Origin: Macrostomum lignano
Lineage: Eukaryota
Reading direction: 5' to 3'
DNA length: 64,000 nt
Assembly: GCA_002269645.1 (NCBI GenBank)
Contig: NIVC01001187.1
Location: 372,001 to 436,000, forward strand
Positions 25,188 to 59,400 of this stretch are shown here, piece after piece (within the stretch, counting starts at the first letter, position 1; the number at the start of each line of letters is the position of its first letter). Under the pieces are notes generated by a model. It was not told the origin of the DNA. It did no database searches and was given only the letters and a program-made list of their open reading frames with translations. The translations under genes were made by a program, and so were the position numbers.

Positions 25188-25483
25188 TGCTACACTCCCG
25201 CTCCCACTGCCGGTCAATGCAAACAGAAGCCGGCCCCACAGCCAATGGCGCGCTACGATAGCAGGCAGCAAAGCAGTGGGAGATTTCTCCTCCAATAGTT
25301 GCCGGTCGTCTGAGCCTTCTCGCTCCACCCTTACGCTCAGCCAGCCAGTTTCTCATTAACCCAGCCTATCCCCCTGTTCCCCTGCCCCTCACCTCGCCTC
25401 CGCCATTTACTTTTAGCCTGCTGTTCCGGTCTGACAGCCCGAGCAGCTCATAGTGTTGAGACCGCGTGCCCCACCGGAAGCCA

Positions 25484-49832
<24,349 letters not shown>

Positions 49833-50159
49833 GGCTGTCAAGGAAATGAAAGTTTGCATAGAAACTCAGTATTGCTCTGGCGAGCAACAGCTGAGCAGGG
49901 CGCCAAGATGAAGCTGCAAAATAATTGAATACTCACTCAGACCCGCGCCCAGCCTCCCGCCTTCACGAGGTTTCCGTTAAATTTGTTTTACTGATTGCTC
50001 GTTTTTCACTGTTGTCTAACTGACAACGGGACTGGAAATCTCTCCGAATCCTTTTGTACGCTCATTGTGATCTGATATTTTTTGTATTGTTATTCCTGCT
50101 TGGTGAATGGAATGATTGGAGTTCGTGAGTGGGCGAGTTGGTGAAAGAAACAAATTCAA

Positions 50160-50360
50160 TTTGGTGAATCGAAAATGGTGAACGAGTGAATCGCATATGG
50201 TGAATGAGTGGATCGAAGATGGTGAATGAGTGGATCGCATATGGTGAATCAGTGAATCGAAGATGGTGAATTAGTGAATCGAAGCTAATGAATGAGTGAA
50301 TCGAAGATGGTGAATTAGTGAATCGAAGATGGTGAATTAGTGAATCAAAAATGGTGAAAA
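50160..50360. repeat. 22 bp repeat GAATCGAAGATGGTGAAT(G/T)AGT in putative stomatin 3'UTR
   Basis: ~9 copies. Confidence 0.85.
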
Positions 50361-50524
50361 TGGAAAATTGATTCCACCTGGAGAAGCTGGACAAAGTCAC
50401 GGAAGTGCTGACCCAGGCACAACCTCATCATTTTTGCGCCTGTTCCATATTAAAATCTATTTTACTAATCCTGGTACTCGCCCCGCTTGTCATTTAAAAT
50501 TTTGTTAATCTGTTTCACATAAAC

Positions 50525-50530
50525 AATAAA
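50525..50530 (+). promoter_or_regulatory. Candidate polyadenylation signal of the stomatin gene
   Basis: AATAAA ~690 nt after the stop, followed by U-rich sequence (attttcttt...tctctttttctgt). Confidence 0.55.
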
Positions 50531-50847
50531 ATTTTCTTTAGCTGAGCAAAATCTCTTTTTCTGTACAAAGAGCCCGCGAGCCTGAATCGGCATCAGATTA
50601 AGTAACGCGCTTCATCACTTTGCAGCTTCTCAATTTCATTTCACAATTTTAATTTAACGGCGAAACTCGTAAATACATTGCGATTTGAGGGGTCAATAGC
50701 TCAACTCCATTTCATGTGCGGTTATTAACTGATCAGTTGGACACCACAGCACCGGGTTGATCCCTCAAATCACTGAGCCGGAAATCTCGCTTTAAATTTT
50801 CTGCTGTCAGTTCGATTTTGTTTCTTCTCGTATAAAACCAGGTTTTC

Positions 50848-51295
50848 AGGTTGTCAGATGTCAGATTTTCGGATGGTCAGGTTGTCAGATGTCAGATTTT
50901 CGGATGGTCAGGTTGTCAGATGTCAGATTTTCGGATGGTCAGGTTGTCAGATGTCGGATTTTCGGATGGTCAGGTTGTCAAATGGTCAGATAGATTGTCA
51001 AATAGTCAGATAGGTTGTCAGTTATCAGATAGGTTGTCAGTTATCAGATAGGTTGTCAGTTATCAGATAGGTTATCAGTTATCAGATAGGTTGTCAGTTA
51101 TCAGATAGGTTGTCAGGTTGTCGGATGGTCAGGTTGTCAAATGGTCAGACAGGTTGTCAAATGGTCAGACAGGTTGTCAAATGGTCAGACAGGTTGTCAA
51201 ATGGTCAGACAGGTTGTCAAATGGTCAGACAGGTTGTCAAATGGTCAGACAGGTTGTCAGGTTGTCAGACAGTCATATTGCCAAATTGTCAGACT
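50848..51295. repeat. AGGTTGTCA-core array with 31, 19 and 20 bp units
   Basis: Three successive sub-arrays between the stomatin and CNB-domain genes. Confidence 0.9.
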
Positions 51296-51566
51296 GTCAG
51301 ATTGCTAACCTGTCAGACTAGAAGACTGTTCATAGCCGCAGTCTCAGTGATGAAGCATGCAGTTCTAAAAATAGCATCTGAATTTAAGCGTTTCCTCTGA
51401 AGGTCATAAAAAGCGCTGAGTGGGATGCGGCTACCCGAGTGTCTATGGCAGTCAGTGCGCCGGCTTCATTGCTGCTTTTTGCTCGAATTTTTTGCAATCT
51501 GTAATTCTTTCCGGCTTCTAAACGAATTCGGTCGAAAAAGTTTGAGATCAGATTAGCTAGCCGGCA

Positions 51567-53686
51567 ATGGAGAGCCGGCTCATCGACTGCACCCACCAGG
51601 ACGCCCTGAAGGAGTTCCTGCTGCTGTTCGGAGTGATTGACAGGCTGCCGATGACCTGCCACCTGGACTGCTACGCCAAGTGCTGCCTGGTGAAGCACAG
51701 CTTCGTGAAGCGGCGGCTGCCTGCGCACTGCCTGCTGCTGTGCAGCGGCTGCCCCATGGACTCAATGTTTGTGCTCATCAACGGCCAGCTAGAGGTGCTG
51801 GCTCTGGCTGGTAGGCCGTCACCTGGCTGCGCCTTCTGTCTGCCCTTCATCCGCCTATCCGCCCATTCATCCTCCCCTTCAGCCCCTTCATCTTTCCTTT
51901 CATCTTCCCTTCATTCTCCCTTCATGCGTCTCTTCATCCGCCCCTTCAACCGCCCCTTCAACCGCCCCTTAACCGCCCTTCAACCGCCCCTTTAACAACC
52001 CCTTCAACCGATCCTTCAACCCCCTCTTCAACCGCCCCATCAACCGCCCCTTCAATCGCTCCTTCAACCGCCCCTTTTAACCGACCCTTCAATCGCCCCT
52101 TCAACAACCCCTTCAACCGCCCTTCAACCGCCCCTTTAACAGCCCCTTCAACCCCCTTCAACCGCCCCTTTAACTACCCCTTCAACCCCCTCTTCAACCG
52201 CCCCATCAACCGCCCCCTTCAACCGCTCCTTCAACCGCCCCTTTTAACCGACATTTCAATCGCCCATTCAACAACCCCTTCAACCGCCCTTCAACCGCCC
52301 CTTCAACCGCCCCATCAACCGCCCCTTTAACAACCCCTTGAACCGACTTTTCAACCGCCCCTTCACCCGCCCGGCTACCGCAGGCACCAGCCAGCGAGTA
52401 CCCGATGCGGACCCGCTGGACCCAGCAAGAGCGGTGCGCCTGACCGAGTTCCGAGACGACTGCGTCATCGGGGTGGAGTGCCTGAGCTCGGCCGGCATCG
52501 TGTCGCCCGTGACGGTCCGCGCGGTCACGGACTGCATTCTGTACGAGCTGAAGCGGCAGGATTATCACGCCATGATCCGGAGCCTCACCTGCGGCATGGA
52601 GCACAAGATGGCGGTGCTGCTGAGGCTGGCCCACCTGCCCAAGACGTGGCACATTGTCCGCAGCAGTCTGTACGACGAGATGACCCTGCTGGAGAAGTAC
52701 AACGCCGCGCACGCCATCGTCAGGCGGCTGGTGGTCAAGAAGGAGGTGCTGCTGCGGCAGAGCCAGGACCCCGGGGCGCTGGTCATGATTGAGAAGGGCT
52801 CGCTGCAGGTGCGGCCGGGACTGGCGCCTGGAGACTGGGAATGAGGCAGAGGGACATAATGACGTGAGCTGGGGTAGAGCGGGAGAGGTATTGGAACAAT
52901 TGGGGTGAGAGAGAAGGAGGGGAAGGCTGAGGGAAAGGGGGGAAAGACAACAGGGGAGGAAGTGAAAGACAGAGGGGAGGGAGGGGAAGTGAAAGACAGA
53001 GGGGAGGGAGGGGAAGTGAAAGACAGAGGGGAGGGAGGGGAAGGCAGAGGAGAGGGAGGGGAAGGCAGAGGAGAGGGAGGGGAAGGCAGAGGAGAGGGAG
53101 GGGAAGGCAGAGGAGAGGGAGGGGAAGGCAGAGGAGAGGGAGGGGAAGGCAGAGGAGAGGGAGGGGAAGGCAGAGGAGAGGGAGGGGAAGGCAGAGGAGA
53201 GGGAGGGGAAGGCAGAGGAGAGGGAGGGAAGGCAGAGGAGAGGGAGGGGAAGGCAGAGGAGAGGGAGGGGAAGGCAGAGGAGAGGGAGGGGAAGGCAGAG
53301 AAGAGGGAGGGGAAGGCAGAGGGGACGGCAGGCTGAGCCTCTCCCCTCCCCGGCAGATCAGGTACTACAAGCGCGGCGCGGGCGGGAAGATCACAGAGGC
53401 GAAGGTGAACCTGAGCGACGGCAGCGTGTTCGGCTTCAAGAATTTCTACAGCCACATCCTGTGCCTGGGCCAGCAGCTGGGCAGGGGCGGTCGGCTTGGG
53501 CAGCAGTACAGCAGCCTGGTGCTGCCGGGCCTGGTGATCCAGGCCAGGGCCCTGGAGATCTCCGAGGTGGTGCTGCTGGACGCTGAGCTGTTCATCCGGT
53601 ACAGCAGGCGAGATCCGGGCTGCGTGATCCGCAGCCTGCTGTCTGGCGACCAGTTCGCGCGGGTGCACGACATCCGGCTGAACTGA
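51567..53686 (+). CDS. Protein with two degenerate cyclic-nucleotide-binding (CNB/Crp-fold) domains, CNBD1/2-like, 3 exons, 332 aa
   Basis: Exons 51567-51810, 52384-52808, 53357-53686; phases 1 and 0 consistent; 999 nt. CNB-like strands LLCSGCPMDSMFVLINGQLEV...VTVRAVTDCILYELKRQDY and VLLRQSQDPGALVMIEKGSLQI...GSVFGF. Additional upstream exons cannot be excluded. Confidence 0.72.
51935..52370. repeat. 12 bp repeat CCCCTTCAACCG
   Basis: ~35 degenerate copies in intron 51811-52383. Confidence 0.92.
52935..53330. repeat. Purine-rich 21 bp repeat GGCAGAGGAGAGGGAGGGGAA
   Basis: ~17 copies in intron 52809-53356. Confidence 0.93.
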
Positions 53687-53784
53687 TCGAGGCTTCGGGA
53701 CGCCTGTGCGAGGCGGCGGCTGTTCGGCGTCCGCGTGCCGGACACAGCTGGACAAGTTTTCCAATCTGTGAAAAATTTTCCCAG

Positions 53785-54632
53785 ATTTTCCCCAACTTCC
53801 CCGAATTCCCCAACTCCCCCTGAATTCCCTAACTCCCCCTGAATTCCCCAACTTCCCCCTGAATTCCCCAACTCCCCTGAATTCCCCAACTTCCCCCTAA
53901 ATTCCCTAACTTCCCCTGAATTCCCCAACTTCCCCTGAATTCCCCAACTCCCCCGAATTCCCCAACTCCCCTGAATTCCCCAACTCCCCTGAATTCCCCA
54001 ACTCCCCCGAATTCCCCAACTCCCCTGAATTCCCCAACTCCCCTGAATTCCCCAACTCCCCTGAATTCCCCAATTCCCCTGAATTCCCTAACTCCCCTGA
54101 ATTCCCCAACTCCCCCGAATTCCTCAACTCCCCTGAATTCCCCAACTCCCCTGATTTCCCCAACTCCCCTGAATTCCTCAACTCCACTGAATTCCCCATC
54201 TCCCCTGAATTCCCCAACTCCCCTGAATTCCCCAACTCCCCCGAATTCCCCAACTCCCCTGAATTCCCCAACTCCACTGAATTCCCCAACTCAACTGAAT
54301 TCCCCAACTCCCCTGAATTCCCCAACTCCCCTGAATTCCCCATCTCCCCTGAATTCCCCAACTCCACTGAATTCCCTAACTCCCCTGAATTCCCCAACTC
54401 CCCGAATTCCCCAACTCCCCTGAATTCCCCAACTCCCCTGAATTCCCCATCTCCCCTGAATTCCCCAACTCCACTGAATTCTTTAACTCCCCCGAATTCC
54501 CCAACTCCCCGAATTCCCCAACTCCCCTGAATTCCCCAACTCCCCTGAATTCCCCAACTCCCCTGAATTCCCCAACTCCACTGAATTCCATAACTCCCCC
54601 GAATTCCCCAACTCCCCTGAATTCCCCAACTT
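53785..54632. repeat. 18 bp repeat AATTCCCCAACTCCCCTG
   Basis: ~46 copies downstream of the CNB-domain gene stop. Confidence 0.95.
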
Positions 54633-55629
54633 CGCCGAACCCTCCAAATTCTGTAAAGTTGAATTGGACTTCTTTAAGCTCTTCAAGTTGCTATAAAAGT
54701 CCAGAAGCAGACAGATCCAAGAATTCTGAAAACGCCATGATGTTGAGCACATTAAAGCTACGTGACAAGTCTGTAGAGATGATTCCGCATGTTTTCAACA
54801 AGATTGATTATGTCTGCCGCAAATCGGCCAGCCTGGCTTGTCATCTGCATTATATTTGTTTTAATCAGTAATTCAAAAACTAGTAAATAATTAATTAGGG
54901 ATCGGATTAAGGGAGGGAGAGTTAAAAAAACAAACAGAAGTGAACCTTGAGGCAAATAAGGCCAAGGCAGGGCATGTACAACAGGCGAGTCGAAGCGGCA
55001 TGTCGGTCTGAGTTCAAACAGAAGTGGAGAATGAGCTGCGAGTAGCAGATGATGGGGTGGTGCAGGCTTCTCTCGTGTTAGGGAAGGTCACTCTTAGTTC
55101 ACTCCGGTACGTGTACGTGCTGACAGCTGCTAAAAATTACTGCGAGTAGTTAAAACAAAAACAAAAATAAATAAATCAAACACACGATAAAAAGCGGAAA
55201 GGAAAATCTGTATTAGCTACTCATAGTATAGTAATAGTTTTATTCGCGTAGAGAACGAACTAGTTTATCGCATGGGTATCTACTGCTAGTATAAAATTTG
55301 TCTAAGCGAGAGACTTCAGTCACGGATGACATGGAGCAAACCAACAGTTATAAGAAAACGATTTTGTCAGTAGTATGGTGCGACTGTTTCACTGAAATTG
55401 TACTGTAAATAAAGCAAATCTGTGTCTAGTTTTGTTAAAGTACATCTGAGGCGCCAATTTTCGTATCGAGTAGCAGGGTTATTCCCGTGTCTGGAGGGCA
55501 GGAGAGGGAGCAATCAAAAGGAGGTTTTGCTTTGAATTCAACAAAGGCTACAAAATCTAATTTTTGTCCCTAATTCGGAAGCTGCTAAAAATAATTAGGA
55601 ATCGTAGGGGTGCCATAGAAAACAGTGAA

Positions 55630-56132
55630 ACCAGCCAATTAGGGGTGGGTGGCTTAGAACCAGCTAATCAGAAGCCGAAGGGGTGGGTGGCTCAGAACCA
55701 GCCAATCAGAAGCCAAAGGGTATACGGGTGACTCAGAACCAGCCAATCAGAAGTCGAATGGTATGTGGGGTGACTCAGAACCAGCCAATCAGAAGCCGAA
55801 GGGTATACGGGTGACTCAGAACCAGCCAATCAGAAGCCGAAGGGTATGTGGGGTGACTCAGAACCAGCCAATCAGAAACTGAAGGGTATACGGGTGACTC
55901 AGAACCAGCCAATCAGAAACTGAAGGGTATGTTGGGGTGACTCAGAACCAGCCAATCAGAAGCCGAAGGGTATACGGGTGACTCAGAACCAGCCAATCAG
56001 AAACTGAAGGGTATACGGGTGACTCAGAATCAGCCAATTAGAAGCCGAAGGGTATACGGGGTGACTCAGAACCAGCCAATCAGAAACTGAAGGGTATGTT
56101 GGGATGACTCAGAACCAGCCAATCAGAAGCCG
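55630..56132. repeat. 41-42 bp repeat GGGTGACTCAGAACCAGCCAATCAGAAGCCGAAGGGTATAC in NCX 3'UTR
   Basis: ~12 copies; the last copy overlaps the NCX stop codon. Confidence 0.95.
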
Positions 56133-56499
56133 TCAATGTAGCAATAATTCTCAAGCGAGGACACTAGAATGTAGGTGCCCCAGAGGCTGAAGAAGGCCAT
56201 GGCGGTGGCTATCTTGGCTGGCCGGGGGCCGCCCAGCTCCCCGCCGATGGGCTTGAGGCGGCGCAGCAGCATGATGATGACGGCCAGGAAGGCCTCGGCG
56301 CAGAACAGAGTGACGGAGAAGCCGAGGGAGCCGGCATGCACCGTGAACTCGCTATCGATGGACCAGTGATAGATGGCCGCGATGGACCAGGCCACACCGA
56401 TGCCAAGGAAGACGTTCACCGCGTTGCTGCCCGTCACGTTGCCCACCGAGCTGTCGGCGTAGGCGTCGCCGATGGCTGCCACCTTCGAGGCAAAAGTGT
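56123..56499 (-). CDS. NCX last coding exon
   Basis: ctcccgcag|ACACT: DTFASKVAAIGDAYADSSVGNVTGSNAVNVFLGIG...GELGGP...YCYIDGF*. Confidence 0.97.
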
Positions 56500-59400
56500 C
56501 TGCGGGAGGGGATTTTTATTAGATTATTAGAGGCAGGGGGGTTGTGTGCACCCTGGCGCACTTTAAGCGACATTGGCGCACAACCGGCGAGAGGCATTAC
56601 TGCCCATTCCGCCGACTCCCCTGAGCAGGCATACAAGCGCGCTGATACGTACGCAGGCACACACTCACACAGGAGTGTACAGCGGCCCTAACTTTATTTT
56701 AACGTTAGGCATGTACACTTCACTGCGCCTTGGGGGGTTGGCTCTCAAGGCCGTTAATTGCACGAGCAGAGCCAAGACGAGATTCCAATTCAGCCCCAAA
56801 TTAATGTGACTGCACTTGGAATCGAGCCTGGGTCGCTGGCACACCAGAGCAGCTGCGCTACCGCTGGGCTACGGCCCCCCGCGGGAGGGGATTGTTGTTT
56901 TGAATAGTTTAGAGCACTGCTTTGAGCACTGCTTTGAGCACTGCTTTGAGCACTGCTTTGAGCACTGCTTTGAGCACTGCTTTGAGCACTGCTTTGAGCA
57001 CTGCTTTGAGCACTGCTTTGAGCACTGCTTTGAGCAATGCTTTGAGCAATGCTTTGAGCAATGCTTTGAGCACTGCTTTGAGCACTGTTTTGAGCACTGA
57101 TTTGAGCACTGCTTTGAGCACTGCTTTGAGCAATGCTTTAAGCAATGCTTTGAGCAATGCTTTGAGCACTGCTTTAGCACTGCTTTAGCACTGCTTTGAG
57201 TACTGCTTTGAGCACTGCTTTGAGCAATGCTTTGAGTACTACTTCGAGCTCTGTTTAAAGCACTACTACTTCAAAGTCAGAAGTCACACAGCTGTCACTC
57301 ACCTGGAAGGCTGGTGCCGAGAGCGACAAAGGTGATGGCTGTCACGGCGTCCGTCAGACCCACTGTGCAGCCAAAGCTGGACGCCAAGTCCCCGATGACA
57401 GCTGTGAGCATGCCGATGACCGTGATTGACACGTTGAAGCAGAGCCAGCCGCCGGCATAATCTGCGGAGCGGATTAAGGAGCAAAAGACGGACATTTCAT
57501 CGCCGCCGCAAATCAAAGGCGTGTCCATTTCGCTGACACCTGGATTCGTGCGCAGTCGCGTGCTCACACGGGGTGTACAGGGGTCCTGACTTTCTCATCA
57601 TCCACAGGCATTTCGTACTCTTTCTCTGTGCCTTCGAACCCGCGCTCGCCCCCTTTTCGTTGAAGCTTTGGACTTTGATCTTCTAACAGGAAGAAGCATG
57701 GACACAGGCACAAAAATCCCCTTTTCCCATCTCCACCCCAGCCTCCCGCCATCCTTCATCATGCATCTTAAATTGAAAAGAGAATGTAAATTCAAAACGG
57801 GAATGGCATAGCAATCGATGGTAGCCCATTGTGCCCCAACAAGGCACTCAATTCTATTATTTTATTTTTCTTTTTTCCTTCCGTTGTAAAGAGATGCAGC
57901 CGGGAGTCTGGGATATGGGGAGTCGATCCGCCTATCGATAAGCGATAAGAGCTCCGTGATGCTGGGCATGCTGGGGGGGGGTAACACAAAACAGCAATCC
58001 GAGCTCTCTCTGGCAAAAATTGATTTTTTACAAATCAAACCTTGGAATCTGCAGCATGCAATTTTAATATTCCCATCCAGACCCGGATATTCCCAGATGG
58101 CAAGCCTCATCAATGCATCTCCACAGCCCCCACTCACGCTTCGAAATCCTCACACCCTCCCCACACCCTGCTCACACCCTCATCTCACCCTCCTCTCACC
58201 CTCCTCTCACCCTCCTCATATCCCTCCTCAATATCCATCCTCACACCCTCCTCATATCCCTCCTCAATATCCATCCTCACACCCTCCTCATACGCTGCTC
58301 ACCAGTGGGAGGCACAAAAGCGAACAGCAGCTTCCAGAAGATGGTGAGGAAGTGCATGATGTAGTCTCCACAGGAGGGCAGCTTCTCTTCTCCATCACCT
58401 GTGCCGTCTCCTTCGTCCTCGTTGCCATCTCCTGAAAACGGTGGATTTTAGAAATTTGCACTCGTCCAACTCCTAGGATCAGGCCAAGAACTCGATTCGA
58501 ATGGAGTACGGACTCACCCGCGCTAACAGTGATGGCCTCAATGAACTGCTCCTTCCAGGAGGAGGTGCCCACAACCAGTGACAGGTTGGCCTTCTTCAGC
58601 ATTCTGTCTACCGTGTTCTGCAGGGGGGGGGGTTGTGGGCTTGGGGTGCTCTGACATTTTGGTACCCACGCCACACAGCCCCTCACCCACCCCACAGCCC
58701 CTCACCCACCCTACAGCCCCTCACCCACCACACAGCCCCTCACCCACCCCACAGCCCCTCACCCACCCTACAGCCCCTCACCCACCACACAGCCCCTCAC
58801 CCACCCCACAGCCCCTTACCCACCACACAGCCCCTCACCCACCCCACAGCCCCTCACCCACCACACAGCCCTCACCCACCACACAGCCCCTCACCCACCA
58901 CACAGCCCCTCACCCACCACACAGCCCCTCACCCACCACACAGCCCCTCACCCACCACACAGCCCCTCACCCACCCCACAGCCCCTCACCCACCCCACAG
59001 CCCCTCACCCACCTCACAGCCCCTCACCCACCTCACAGCCCCTCACCCACCCCACAGCCCCTCACCCACCCCACAGCCCCTCACCCACCTCACAGCCCTC
59101 ACCCACCCCACAGCCCCTCACCCACCCCACAGCCCCTCACCCACCTCACAGCCCCTCACCCACCCCACAGCCCCTCACCCACCCCACAGCCCCTCACCCA
59201 CCTCACAGCCCCTCACCCACCCCAGTCACCCACCCCAGTCACCCACCCCAGTCACCCACCCCATCACCCACCTTGAACTCCACGCTCTCCACAATGTTCA
59301 CTTTAACTCTGGTCAACTCCCCCAGCCTGGGCCGGCCGGCCATCTCAGTCTCAGCGCAGTCGACGTCCTCCTCGAGATGGGGGCCTGCGGGCGAGCGCCA

